A stretch of DNA of 64,000 nucleotides from Phycisphaerae bacterium (GTDB lineage Bacteria > Planctomycetota > Phycisphaerae > UBA1845), in the NCBI GenBank assembly GCA_963666835.2, contig CAXXGO010000001.1, forward strand, positions 1,472,001 to 1,536,000. Reading direction: 5' to 3'. Below the pieces are notes generated by a model. That model ran no database searches. It saw only the letters and a program-made list of their open reading frames with translations, and had not been told where the DNA came from. Position 1 is the first letter of the stretch. Every line of letters begins with the position of its first letter. The position numbers and the translations under genes are program-made. Shown here piece by piece: positions 47,963 through 58,428 of the stretch.

Positions 47963-48371
47963 ACACCGAGCCGGCCTGACGCCGTTCGCTGAAAAGGAAG
48001 CCGCGCCTTGCGGCCTCTGAGACTGAGGATTGGGCCACCGCGGAGTCGGACGGATACGATTCGCTCGCTCGGCAAAGACGGGTAGAACAACGAGGAGCTC
48101 CGCCCGCGGCTAAATGCCTACGTCCTTTCGGGACGGTTGCCCGCATGGTGGCCTGACAAAGGTGAGTAACTCAGCGCGCTTCCACGCTAGGGGCAAGCTA
48201 CATTGCTTTGCGGCCTGCACTCCGCTTGGATGAGTAGTCCGGGCTAAGCCGAACGCCACGCCCCTTTCGCAATCCGGACTTCGCAGTGGTCCATCCACCC
48301 GTCCCCGGTTACACTATCGGACCTGGAACGGACGTTCCGGTGACTCTCGGAGCTTACCCGGCGGATCCGGC

Positions 48372-49583
48372 ATGACCTGGAGCCCGAACACACGGCCGCG
48401 CTTACGCCCCCTGGAGAGCTTCCCGGTTCCTGAAGGTAACGGGATGATGGTTGGTCTGCGCGATCCGTCCGGGCTGTCCGGCGTCGCCCTGGCACTCTCC
48501 CGAGCCGCGCTCGGCATTCTCTCCCTTATGGATGGCAACCACACCTGCCAGGACATCTGCGCGGAGTACGCCGCAGCCACCGGGCAGACTCTTCCGGACG
48601 GCACTCTGCAATCCATGCTCGACTCCCTGGAACAGGCCCACTTCCTCGAAGGTACCGAGTTCGAAACGTACTACGCAGGCCTGGTTGCAGACTATCGCAG
48701 TCAACCAACTCGCGCCGTGCTGGAGGGTTCCGCCCTGGAGATCCTGCACAAATCGCCCGCGCTCTTTGACGAGATTCTCGCCGAAGCCACGCAGGCTCCG
48801 CCCACGACTCCGCTCGTCGGGTTAATCGCCCCCCATCTCGACTATCCGCGCGGACGCCCGGCCTACGCGGAAGCCTACGCAATGTTGCGGAATCGCCCGG
48901 CTCCGGATCGGGTCGTAATCCTGGGGACGAACCACTTCGGCCGGTCCCCGTCGATCGTAGCGACCGCAGCCAACTTCGCCACGCCCTTGGGAATCACGCG
49001 GACTGACACCGACTTTCTCAACCGACTCGAGGAGAGGTGCGGCAATCTGCGAGAGCACGAGCTCGATCATCTGCACGAGCACTCCGTCGAACTCCAAGTC
49101 GCCTGGCTGCAGCATCTGTTCGGCCCGGACACGTTCGAACTGGTGGCCGTTCTCTGTCCCAACCCCGACGGATTCACAAAGGACGAATCTGCCACCGGCT
49201 CCGGCGGCGATCTATCCCTTCTGGCCACAACCTTGGCAGAGTTCATTGCCGAGGACCGCGCCGACACGCTCCTGGTGGCCGGTGCCGATCTGAGCCACAC
49301 CGGAGCCGCTTTCGGAGATGAACACGTTCTTGAACCCGGCTATTTGGAGGAGATTCAACAGCGTGACCAGCGCGCCCTGGACCGGCTGATCAAGCGCGAC
49401 CCTGCCGGCTGGGTCCGCTGCGTGGCGGAAGACGGAAACCCCACAAATGTCTGCAGCGCCGGCTGCATCTACGCGTTGTCCTCAGCGTTACCGACCGCTA
49501 CCGTCCGGCAATTAAGGTATCATCAGGCCGTCGACCATCCCACCCAAACATGCGTGACCTGCGCGGCGGTCGCCTTCTCGTAA
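48372..49583 (+). CDS. AmmeMemoRadiSam system protein B (MEMO1 family) with N-terminal extension
   Basis: GLIAPHLDY.RG, ILGTNHF, F.TPLG, EHSVELQ..WLQ, ADLSH.G..FGD. Confidence 0.9.
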   Translation: MTWSPNTRPRLRPLESFPVPEGNGMMVGLRDPSGLSGVALALSRAALGILSLMDGNHTCQDICAEYAAATGQTLPDGTLQSMLDSLEQAHFLEGTEFETYYAGLVADYRSQPTRAVLEGSALEILHKSPALFDEILAEATQAPPTTPLVGLIAPHLDYPRGRPAYAEAYAMLRNRPAPDRVVILGTNHFGRSPSIVATAANFATPLGITRTDTDFLNRLEERCGNLREHELDHLHEHSVELQVAWLQHLFGPDTFELVAVLCPNPDGFTKDESATGSGGDLSLLATTLAEFIAEDRADTLLVAGADLSHTGAAFGDEHVLEPGYLEEIQQRDQRALDRLIKRDPAGWVRCVAEDGNPTNVCSAGCIYALSSALPTATVRQLRYHQAVDHPTQTCVTCAAVAFS

Positions 49584-49590
49584 TATCGAA

Positions 49591-50646
49591 ATGAGTGCGT
49601 TATCGCAATACTACAGGATCATCGCAGGTGAGACCGGGGCGTGGTCGCTGCCAATAAGGGCGGTCCTGCGCGTGCTGGAGCAGGGTTATGCCGCCGGCGT
49701 GGCCCTCCGCAATCAACGTTATGACCGCAAGGGTCCAACGGTCACTCTGCCGTTGCCGGTCATCAGTATCGGCAACATAACTGCCGGCGGCACGGGTAAG
49801 ACGCCGCTGGTCATTGATCTCGCCCAGCGTTTGGAACGAATGGGAATGAACCCGGCCGTTGTCTCGCGCGGCTACGGTTCGGTCGACGGCGGCCCCAATG
49901 ACGAAGAGCGGCTAATCCGTGAGCATTGCCCCGGATTGGTGTGCCTATCCGACCCCGACCGAGCCCAAGCCGCGGAGGACGCCCACCGGCAATTCGGCGC
50001 CGACGTAATCATCCTGGACGACGGTTTCCAGCATCGCCGACTCGCTCGCACCCTCGATATTGTCACTGTCGACGCCACCCGCCCGTTCGGCCATGGGCAT
50101 CTTCTTCCTCGGGGCCTCTTGCGAGAGCCCGTATCGAGTTTACGCCGCGCCGACGTCATGGTGATAACCCGGTGCGACCAGGCTTCCAAGGCCGAGCTCA
50201 ACAACCTGGACGCGCGGCTGGAGCGCATCGCTCCGAGCGTGCCCCGTCTGCGGAGTCGTCACGGAGTTACGGGAATCCACCATCTGGACGGCACACCGTT
50301 CACCCGTCCGTTGGCCGGACTGAAAGCCGCAGCTTTCGCGGCCATCGGGCACCCCGAGTCATTTGTCACGCTCGTTCGCTCATTGGAAATCGACGTAGTC
50401 GCCCGGCGCTGGTGGCCTGACCACCACCACTATCGCCCTGCCGACATTGACTCGCTGTTCAAGACCGGAGCGGCGCCCCCGCATGAGTTCCTGATCACTA
50501 CTGAAAAGGACGCGGTGAAACTGACCGATCTGCCGGGGCTCGATCCGGCTCGCATCCTCGTCGTCAAGATCGCAATCGACTTCCCAACCGGTGACGCTAC
50601 AATCCTTGACGAGCGGCTCCAAGAGATCTTCCAGATGGCGGATTAG
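49591..50646 (+). CDS. lpxK: Tetraacyldisaccharide 4'-kinase
   Basis: PVISIGNITAGGTGKTP, SRGYG, ILDDGFQH, LLPRG.LRE, TTEKDAVKL. Confidence 0.96.
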   Translation: MSALSQYYRIIAGETGAWSLPIRAVLRVLEQGYAAGVALRNQRYDRKGPTVTLPLPVISIGNITAGGTGKTPLVIDLAQRLERMGMNPAVVSRGYGSVDGGPNDEERLIREHCPGLVCLSDPDRAQAAEDAHRQFGADVIILDDGFQHRRLARTLDIVTVDATRPFGHGHLLPRGLLREPVSSLRRADVMVITRCDQASKAELNNLDARLERIAPSVPRLRSRHGVTGIHHLDGTPFTRPLAGLKAAAFAAIGHPESFVTLVRSLEIDVVARRWWPDHHHYRPADIDSLFKTGAAPPHEFLITTEKDAVKLTDLPGLDPARILVVKIAIDFPTGDATILDERLQEIFQMAD

Positions 50647-50648
50647 GC

Positions 50649-51623
50649 ATGACCCGGCCGTACGGACCAATAGACGACGCGAGAATCAAGACGTACAGCA
50701 TCGCGCAGCGGCACCATAAGGCCGATGTAAACGCCTCGCCGGCGTTACCTGCCGCGCAGGCGTCGGCCGCGGAGTTGCTCAGGTCGTTTCCGCCGTATCT
50801 TGGCGCCGCGGCTTTTCATTCGGTGGTGCGTGCCGTTGTGGCCGCCGTCCGCAACAACCGCCCCGTCGTGGCGGCTTTCGGGGCACATGTTTTGAAAGTC
50901 GGTTGCGGACCAATCGTAGTCGACTTGATCGAACGTGGGATCATCAATGCGATAGCGTGCAACGGCGCTTGCATGATCCATGACGTCGAACTCGCCACTA
51001 CCGGCGAAACCAGCGAAGACGTGGCGGACACAATCCGCGACGGGTCCTTCGGCATGGTCGAGGAGACTTTGTCCTTCTTCGACGCCACCGCCCGCTTGGC
51101 CAAGGCGGAGTCTATCGGTCTCGGGGAGGCCGTGGGGCGGATGCTGCTTGATCGCGGAGCTCCGCACGAACACAACAGCGTCTTCGTTGCGGCGCGGAAG
51201 GCCTCAATCCCCGCCTGCGTCCATGTAGCTCTCGGTACGGACACGGTCCACGCCTCTCCCCACGCAGATGGAGCGGCTATCGGTGCGGCTTCCTTGCACG
51301 ACTTCCGCGTGATCTGCGATGTGGTGTCCGACCTCGGGGCGGCGGATTCGTCCGGGGTCGGCGGAGTCTGGCTGAATATCGGATCGGCCGTGCTACTGCC
51401 GGAGGTATTCCTGAAGGCGGTTTCCGTAGCGCGCAACCTCGGCGCCGATCTTGACGCGATGACCACCGCGAATTTCGACATGATCCGCCATTATCGCCCC
51501 CAACAGAACGTGTTGACTCGCCCCGTGGAGCGCGGGCGCGGGCATCAGGTCGTTGGGCATCACGAGATCCTGCTGCCGCTGCTGCGTCAGGCAATCATCG
51601 AAGAGCTGGATCGGACGAGCTAG
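50649..51623 (+). CDS. Deoxyhypusine-synthase-like conserved protein
   Basis: GAHV.KVG, NGA..IHD.E, G.TSEDV...I.DGSFGM, GSAV.LPEVFLKA. Confidence 0.7.
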   Translation: MTRPYGPIDDARIKTYSIAQRHHKADVNASPALPAAQASAAELLRSFPPYLGAAAFHSVVRAVVAAVRNNRPVVAAFGAHVLKVGCGPIVVDLIERGIINAIACNGACMIHDVELATTGETSEDVADTIRDGSFGMVEETLSFFDATARLAKAESIGLGEAVGRMLLDRGAPHEHNSVFVAARKASIPACVHVALGTDTVHASPHADGAAIGAASLHDFRVICDVVSDLGAADSSGVGGVWLNIGSAVLLPEVFLKAVSVARNLGADLDAMTTANFDMIRHYRPQQNVLTRPVERGRGHQVVGHHEILLPLLRQAIIEELDRTS

Positions 51624-51626
51624 ACA

Positions 51627-52481
51627 ATGAAGTCACCGGCCGTCTTTCTCGATCGCGACGACACCATCATGGAAGATCGCGGCTACATTGCCGATCCGGA
51701 TGAAGTCTGCCTGCTGCCCGGCGCTGCGGAGGCCGTACGTCGCTTTACCCACGCCGGCCATCTGGTGGTCGTAGTATCCAACCAGTCCGGCATCGCTCGC
51801 GGCTTGTTCACTGAAAAAGAACTGACCGCCGTCCACGCCCGGCTTGAAGAACTCCTCGGTACTGCCGGAGCGCATCTGAATGGAGCGTACTATTGTCCTT
51901 ACCTGGCCGGTCCCGAGGCCACTGTTAAAGCCTACCAGCGTGATAGCGAACTCCGCAAACCGCGCCCGGGCATGCTTCTGCAGGCCGCGGAGGAAATGGA
52001 CATCGACCTGTCACACTCATGGATGATCGGAGACTCCCTTCGCGACGTCCAGGCCGGCGCCGCCGCCGGTTGCCGCACGATCCTCCTCACCGGTGATGAC
52101 TCCCGGCCCTACGACAGTGACGTGATACCGACACACACGGCCCGCGACTTGCTCGAAGCCGCGGACTTGGTGGAGAGTGGAATGGACCGGAAACCTGAGC
52201 GCCATCCCCGAAGACCCTCAGAGAATACCGACGAAGTCGTGGAGCTTCTGGCGAAGATCCACAATCAGCTGGATCAAGCCCGGCGCCAGGACCGGCAACA
52301 GGACTTCTCCGTCATTCGGCTGTTTGCCGCCCTGTTACAGATGTTTGCGATCGTAGCGGCGCTGTGGGGTTTCGTGTGCCTGCTGGACGGACGCTCGGAG
52401 GTGGCTACCGCCCGCCTGCTTCTGGCCTGCTTTCTTCAGCTCGCCGCCGTAAGCGCTTTCGCGATCGACCGCTTCCGCTGA
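51627..52481 (+). CDS. gmhB: GmhB-like HAD phosphatase with C-terminal membrane extension
   Basis: AVFLDRDDT, VVSNQSGIARG, YYCPY, RKP.PGML, SWMIGD...D..AG. Confidence 0.85.
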   Translation: MKSPAVFLDRDDTIMEDRGYIADPDEVCLLPGAAEAVRRFTHAGHLVVVVSNQSGIARGLFTEKELTAVHARLEELLGTAGAHLNGAYYCPYLAGPEATVKAYQRDSELRKPRPGMLLQAAEEMDIDLSHSWMIGDSLRDVQAGAAAGCRTILLTGDDSRPYDSDVIPTHTARDLLEAADLVESGMDRKPERHPRRPSENTDEVVELLAKIHNQLDQARRQDRQQDFSVIRLFAALLQMFAIVAALWGFVCLLDGRSEVATARLLLACFLQLAAVSAFAIDRFR

Positions 52482-52532
52482 CCGGCGTGGGCTCTGCTAT
52501 TCCGGTTACGACGCTTGCGCCTTCTTACGCCT

Positions 52533-52576
52533 CAAACAAACAGGCGGCGGCAAGACCGACCGTCTTACCGCCGCCT
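52533..52576 (-). terminator. Terminator of the HU gene (possibly bidirectional)
   Basis: AGGCGGCGGCAAGAC-CGACC-GTCTTACCGCCGCCT with a T-rich tail on the minus strand. Confidence 0.65.
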
Positions 52577-52621
52577 TCTGAATATCGCGTCACGCTGACG
52601 TAGCTATGACAGTCCGGGCCG

Positions 52622-52960
52622 CTATACCATGTCCTTGAGGCCCTTCAGCGGCAGCACCTTGACGACGTTCCGCGCCGGCTTCGCCTTGAAGACCGTCTCT
52701 TCGCCGGTGAAGGGGTTGATGCCCTTACGTGCCTTGGTGGCCGGCTTGCGAACGACTTTCACCTTCATCAGACCGGGCACCGTGAAGTAACCCGGACCTC
52801 TCTTGCCGAGGTCCTTCTTAATCATGTCGGCCAACCCGTCGAAGATGCACACGACCTGCTTGCGCGTCATATCGTTGGCCTCCGCCAACTCGCCGATGAC
52901 CTGGGATTTTGTTCGCGCCTTCGCCTTGGTGGCCTTTTTTGCCGCTTTCTTCTTTGCCAT
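52622..52960 (-). CDS. HU-family DNA-binding protein
   Basis: TKSQ...ELAE, FTVPGL.K, ARKGINPFTGE....AKPA..VVK. Confidence 0.93.
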   Translation of the reverse strand: MAKKKAAKKATKAKARTKSQVIGELAEANDMTRKQVVCIFDGLADMIKKDLGKRGPGYFTVPGLMKVKVVRKPATKARKGINPFTGEETVFKAKPARNVVKVLPLKGLKDMV

Positions 52961-53377
52961 ATCGAGTTCCTTTCAAAGAACGTCATACCACTCCTTGGAT
53001 GACATGCGCGAGAATCTAAGCTGCCATCTAGCTGAGTTCAAGCATTTTCCTACGAAAAATACTTAAAATACTGGGTTTTCTGCAATTTTCTCGCGCAACT
53101 CAGGAGCGTGATCGTTAGTTAGCTCGTTTTTGCCCTGTTTTTGTCGCACTTCTGCGCGATTCCCCGGCAGGCTCTCGCCGGACAGACCGCGCCGGCCTTG
53201 CTGCCGCGTCTGCCTCCGACGCCGCCGTGTCACGCCCTTCTTTCCCTGCTATGCAGCGTTTTGCGAGGCATTAACGCCCAATCCGGCAACGCCGCGGACA
53301 GTTGCCAAGGGTGATTTAGAACCTCGGCCCGCACGGTCGCAACGACGTCCGGCGGCCCCAAACCGCCCCTGACGAAA

Positions 53378-54106
53378 TCATGACTCCGGGGTCGCCAGAA
53401 GAGGCGGGCGGCGCCGGCGGCGCCGTTTCTTGGGCGCCCCTGGCGGGCGGGTGACATGCTTACGTGGCTCCGCCGCTTCGGCCAGCGGAATGGCTTCACC
53501 GGCGGTCTTGGCGAACAGGTCGGCGTTAACCTCTTTCCACAACCCATCCGCCCGATTGAAAACACCGCCGGAGACCATGACATTCATGGTCGGGTTCACC
53601 CCAATCTCCCGGATCAAGTCGATCAGACGCCGGACCCCGGGCACCCCGCAAGGCTGCGTGCCGAATATTAGCAGAAGATCGGGGCGAAGCTGTCCCACCA
53701 AACTGAGTATCTCATCGTTGGGCACGCCCCCACCGAGGAAGTAGACATCCCAGCCTCGCGATTCGAACAGATCCGCACACATCTGCGCGCCCAACTCCTC
53801 GTGCTCGCCCTCGGCGCAGGCAACCAGCATACGTTTGCCGTTCGAGTCCTCGCGATGAAGGCTCGCCTGAACCTGATCGGCAATCACCCGGTTAATCCGA
53901 GTCGCCATGTGCTCCGAAGCCGCATTAATCCGGTCCGTTCGGTAGAGTTTGTCTACCCGCTCCATCGCCGGCCAGAGCAGATCATGGTACAGCGTGGTCG
54001 GATCGGTGATCTTACTCAACTGCATACTGACGTACTCACGACATGGAACTCGGCTTCCCGCCAGCAACGGGGGCAGATACTCGTCCAGCAAACTCGCAGA
54101 TGCCAT
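53378..54106 (-). CDS. Stand-alone cobalamin-binding-domain protein
   Basis: PAM..V..L, EHMAT, G.HEELGA.M.AD.F...GW.V.FLG..VP, GG.FN. Confidence 0.85.
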   Translation of the reverse strand: MASASLLDEYLPPLLAGSRVPCREYVSMQLSKITDPTTLYHDLLWPAMERVDKLYRTDRINAASEHMATRINRVIADQVQASLHREDSNGKRMLVACAEGEHEELGAQMCADLFESRGWDVYFLGGGVPNDEILSLVGQLRPDLLLIFGTQPCGVPGVRRLIDLIREIGVNPTMNVMVSGGVFNRADGLWKEVNADLFAKTAGEAIPLAEAAEPRKHVTRPPGAPKKRRRRRRPPLLATPES

Positions 54107-54509
54107 CGACTACGCTCCAAAGCGCGGACCGGGCCCAGGAGATCCCCACGGGGGAGGGCCTCCTGCCCGTCCTGGAACGCAACCGCGCATCCAAAGGTCT
54201 CGCCGGGTGTCCCACCCGGCTTGTAGCTCAAAGCCCTGATTCTGATACGAACCGCCGAAACTAACCCGAGGAGGTTAAATTAGGCAAATCGGGTATTGTC
54301 GGCAAGATATGTATCGGTGCTAGCGCAAAAAATTCTTGAACGTGTTTGTAGCGTTTTTCAGAGGGTGCCGCCGGAGCGCCTCTCTACCGGTCTATCGCCG
54401 CTGGGACCACAATAATAGCGGTTTCCCGCTGTCTGGGGACAATGAACGCACGACCGGGCTTACGCGCAACTATTGCGCGTTATCGTCTTGTGACGCCGCA
54501 GCCGGGCGA

Positions 54510-54890
54510 TCACCCCATCGCTGCCGTCTGTGCGGCGGCAGGCTCAGACGGACTCAGGGTGCCCCCCATCGTCTCCTCCTCGATGCGCTGGGAGACTGCG
54601 TTCATAAGCTCAACGTAGTCTGCCTGGGCTTTCAGGAGGTTCTTGATGACCGGGCTGGCAATGACCTTCTGGTGAAGATCCGCGAGCTTCCGTTTCTGGT
54701 CCGGCTCAATCGGCTTTCCCGACGCCTCGAGTTGCCCGAGCATGTGTTGCTGGTCCTCGAAATCGCCCAGAAGCTGCCGATCCTCGATACTCTCCGCCAG
54801 CGCTTTGCTCGCGGCGGCCATTCCTTTAGCGCGTGAATCGGCGGCCATCAGTTTGCCCAGCTTGCTGGCAAGCTCTAGGATTTCCTCCAT
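54510..54890 (-). CDS. YlbF/YmcA-family protein
   Basis: ILELA..LG.....D, P.I..LL.AQ..Y..LM..V...I helical pattern. Confidence 0.75.
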   Translation of the reverse strand: MEEILELASKLGKLMAADSRAKGMAAASKALAESIEDRQLLGDFEDQQHMLGQLEASGKPIEPDQKRKLADLHQKVIASPVIKNLLKAQADYVELMNAVSQRIEEETMGGTLSPSEPAAAQTAAMG

Positions 54891-54950
54891 GGTGCGGTCA
54901 CTTTCGTTGTAGGGACTTCGTACTCAACCTCGCGACACGGAGAGCATTGT

Positions 54951-57227
54951 ATGGCCTCAAACAACCTTGCCGAGCGAATTCTCGATTTTGTCCGAGCGAA
55001 AGGCTACCAGCCCCATAAGGTCCAGGAGCTGGCCCGGGCAATGGGGATCGGTGAGGACGAGCACGGGGACTTCCGCTCCGCCTGCAAAGCACTAATGAAG
55101 ACCGGGCGTATCGTACTAGGAGCCGGGCACGCCCTCACCCTGCCCGGTCCGCCCGGGAAGCTACAAGGCACGTTCCGAGCAAACCCGCGTGGGTTCGGTT
55201 TCGTAATCCCGGACACGCCCAACTCACATGGTGATCTCTACGTGCCTAAGGGCGGAACCGGGGGAGCCGTCACCGGAGACACCGTCTTCGCAACGGTGAG
55301 GAAACGCGGCAAACGTGGGGGGAAGATGCTCTACGAGGGCCGAATCGTCGAGATCCTCAAACGCGGTAGAAGCCACTTCGTAGGTGAACTTCGCCGCCAG
55401 TTCAACCGCTGGTATATGTTCCCCGATGGGAATACTCTCCACGTACCTGTCGTTGTGGACGATCCCGGGGCCAAGAACGCCGGCGCCGGCGACCAGGTCG
55501 TCGTCGAGATCACCCAATATCCTGACGGCTCTACCGGTGCCCGCGGAGTTATCATCCGGGTCCTCGGCCCCCGGGGAGAACCGGCGGTCGATGTGCTCAG
55601 CATCATCGAACAATACCAGCTCCCCCACGAGTTTCCCAAGACTGTGGTCCAGGAGGCCCGGGACGTGTCCGCCGAATTCAACCCCCAGACCGCCTACGAA
55701 GGGCGAGAGGATCTGCGTAGCCAGACCGTCATCACGATCGACCCCACTGACGCCCGCGATTTCGATGACGCTATCTCCATCGCAGTCAACAAGAACGGTA
55801 CGACCGAGCTCGGCGTCCACATCGCCGACGTGGCTCACTTCGTCGACGCGGGCAGCGAGCTGGACAAGGAGGCCAAGCTGCGATCGAACAGCGTCTACCT
55901 CTCAAGAACTGTAGTACCGATGCTGCCGGAACTGCTGTCTAACGGCGTGTGCTCCTTGCAGGAACGGCAAGCCCGGCTCACCAAGAGCGTCTTCATCACG
56001 TTCGATCGGCGCGGGCAAGTCAAGAAGGCCCGCCTTTCGAATACGGTCATCCGATCCACCAAACGGCTCACCTATGAGCAGGCGACGCGAATCCTCGACG
56101 GCCGTCCCGGACGAACCAGTGCGAAGGTGGTGGCCTTATTGACGGAGATGGAGAAGCTGGCTCAAACGATTCGCAAACGCCGCTTGCGGGAGGGCATGCT
56201 CGTACTGGATCTCCCCAGTATCGAACTGGTCTACGACGAAGAAGGAGCGGTCGTCGACGTCGAGCCGGCGGACACGAGCTTCTCCCACACAATCATCGAG
56301 ATGTTCATGATCGAGGCCAACGAAGCGGTTGCCCGGATTCTTGACAAGGACGGAGTGCCGTTCCTTCGCCGAATCCACGACGAACCCGAAGAAGGCGGCA
56401 GCTTCAACCTTCAGCGGTTCTTGGGCGTCCTGGGGTACGACCTGCCGGAAGTGGCTGATCGGTTTGCCGTGCAGAAGCTCCTGGATCGCGTCAAGGGGAA
56501 ACCCGAGTCGTTCGCGGTCAACCTGGCCGTGCTGCGGTCGATGCAGCAGGCTGAATACTCGCCGAAGCAGGCGGGGCACTTTGCTTTGGCAAGTGCGGAC
56601 TACTGCCACTTCACGTCGCCGATTCGGCGTTACCCGGATCTGACCGTCCATCGGCTGGTGGATCTTCACTTACAAGGCATGTTGAAGACGGCGAAGGGCC
56701 GTCGGCAAGGGCTAAGCGAGACGGCACTTGTCGCCCTCGGAAAGGAGTGCAGCACGAACGAGCGACGTGCAGAGGCGGCCGAACGTGAGCTTCGCCTGGT
56801 CATGATCTTGCGTCTCTTGGAGCAGCGCCTGGGCGATCAGTTGGAGGGAGTGGTGACCGGCGTCGCCAATGTCGGCGTGTTCGTGCAGCTCAACCACTTT
56901 CTGGTTGAAGGCCTTCTGCGGCTGAATGACCTGCCGGACGACTGGTGGGAGGTCGACGCCGGCCAAGGGGCGGTCATCGGCGAACTCTCGGGGCATCGAA
57001 TCACAATCGGCGAGCGCCTGCAAGTCATCATCGACAAGGTCGACCTGGCTAATCGGCAGTTGGATTTGTCCCTGGCCGCACCGCTTGAGGGTGATCCCGG
57101 AAAGTCAAGCAAACGCGGCAGCGGTTCACGTTCGACCAGAGCTGGTCGAGCGCGCGTGGTCCGGCGGAAAACACCGCGTAATCCAGCTCAGACGAAGAGG
57201 GGAAAACGAAAACGGCGGGGGCGTTAA
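54951..57227 (+). CDS. rnr: Ribonuclease R
   Basis: GFGFV, TIDP.DARDFDDA, VHIADV, HFTSPIRRYPDL.VHR, S1 domain, basic tail. Confidence 0.97.
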   Translation: MASNNLAERILDFVRAKGYQPHKVQELARAMGIGEDEHGDFRSACKALMKTGRIVLGAGHALTLPGPPGKLQGTFRANPRGFGFVIPDTPNSHGDLYVPKGGTGGAVTGDTVFATVRKRGKRGGKMLYEGRIVEILKRGRSHFVGELRRQFNRWYMFPDGNTLHVPVVVDDPGAKNAGAGDQVVVEITQYPDGSTGARGVIIRVLGPRGEPAVDVLSIIEQYQLPHEFPKTVVQEARDVSAEFNPQTAYEGREDLRSQTVITIDPTDARDFDDAISIAVNKNGTTELGVHIADVAHFVDAGSELDKEAKLRSNSVYLSRTVVPMLPELLSNGVCSLQERQARLTKSVFITFDRRGQVKKARLSNTVIRSTKRLTYEQATRILDGRPGRTSAKVVALLTEMEKLAQTIRKRRLREGMLVLDLPSIELVYDEEGAVVDVEPADTSFSHTIIEMFMIEANEAVARILDKDGVPFLRRIHDEPEEGGSFNLQRFLGVLGYDLPEVADRFAVQKLLDRVKGKPESFAVNLAVLRSMQQAEYSPKQAGHFALASADYCHFTSPIRRYPDLTVHRLVDLHLQGMLKTAKGRRQGLSETALVALGKECSTNERRAEAAERELRLVMILRLLEQRLGDQLEGVVTGVANVGVFVQLNHFLVEGLLRLNDLPDDWWEVDAGQGAVIGELSGHRITIGERLQVIIDKVDLANRQLDLSLAAPLEGDPGKSSKRGSGSRSTRAGRARVVRRKTPRNPAQTKRGKRKRRGR

Positions 57228-57259
57228 CCGACTGGGTGCGATCAAACCATGGCCGCCGG

Positions 57260-58015
57260 TCAGACCGGGCTGCGGGCCATATCGGGTACGCTATGATGGG
57301 CGGAGCGTGCCAGTTCCGGCAGTAGCCAGACGGGGCCCTCCATGGGTCCACTAACCTGCTTAGCTTCGTGGGCCGGGACGCCGACAACAGTTGACATCGG
57401 GGCGACATCGGCGATCACAACCGCCCCAGCCCCTACAACAGCCTCGTAACCGACTCGAATGCTCTGGATAACCGTGGCCCCGATTCCCACGAAGGCCCCG
57501 GACTCCACGGTAACGCGGCCCGCCAGGCGCGCGCCCGGGCAAATGTGAGTCGCGGTGCCGATCAACGACTCGTGGTCCACGATGCACCCGGTGTTGAGGA
57601 TCACGGAATCACCAATCTGACAGTGGGCCGACACCAAGGCCCCGGCCGCTATGACGATGTTCCGGCCAAGGGAGACATTACGAGCCAAGTTGGCCGACGG
57701 GTGGATGGCGTTAATCAGTTCCAATCCCGCCGCCTCGATTCGGTCCGCGAAACTGCGCCGGACCCCGTTATCTCCAATCGCGACAATGCCACACTCAATG
57801 CCGTGCTCTAGACAAACCGTGAGCAGGTCGTCAGGGTGCCCCAACACCTCGATCCCGTCCACCCGCCGCCCGTGGACGTTCGGGTCAGAGTCGAGGAAGC
57901 CGACGACGTCAAACCCGCCGGCGTTCACAAGGATATCGAGCACCACCCGGCCGTGTCCGCCACAACCGAGTATTATGCACTTTCTGTTGGTGTTCGAATG
58001 ACAATCTTCGTTCAT
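57260..58015 (-). CDS. NeuD/PglD-family sugar acetyltransferase
   Basis: LGCGGHGRVV.D, AIGDN..R, hexapeptide repeats, VDHE, VVGVPA. Confidence 0.92.
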   Translation of the reverse strand: MNEDCHSNTNRKCIILGCGGHGRVVLDILVNAGGFDVVGFLDSDPNVHGRRVDGIEVLGHPDDLLTVCLEHGIECGIVAIGDNGVRRSFADRIEAAGLELINAIHPSANLARNVSLGRNIVIAAGALVSAHCQIGDSVILNTGCIVDHESLIGTATHICPGARLAGRVTVESGAFVGIGATVIQSIRVGYEAVVGAGAVVIADVAPMSTVVGVPAHEAKQVSGPMEGPVWLLPELARSAHHSVPDMARSPV

Positions 58016-58428
58016 ACTCAACCCACCAGGGGACTCCCTCGACACGTCCGGCCGGGCGCAGACCCCACCAAATGAGTTATCGGTCGAATACGAACGAATC
58101 TCGACGAAATTGTGAGCGTGTTCCTCGCAAACGGCGAGACCTCATCGTAATCGCGCTCGGTTTGCCGCAGCATGCCCCTCATCGCGTTTCTGAGGGTCCG
58201 CGCCGAGGAGCAATCCTCGGGTTTCCTCTCAATCCTAATTCGGGGGGTAAACACTGCTGCCGCTCGCCACCCTTCTGACTGTCGTGGCGCGATCCCTTGC
58301 CCGATAGCAGTGGTAGCGCCGCGCGTCGACGCCAGCCAGTCCGCGTCTTATGGGCCAAGAACCACTGGGAATATCACCTGCGGCAGGCCGCGGGCGGCAT
58401 CGACACTGCTTTCTCTGGGAGACCCCTC

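Noticed and set aside
47580..48370. RNase P, SRP or tmRNA gene
   Set aside because: No GAGGAAAGTCC, SRP GGAA-loop/AGCAG or tRNA-like ends found on either strand
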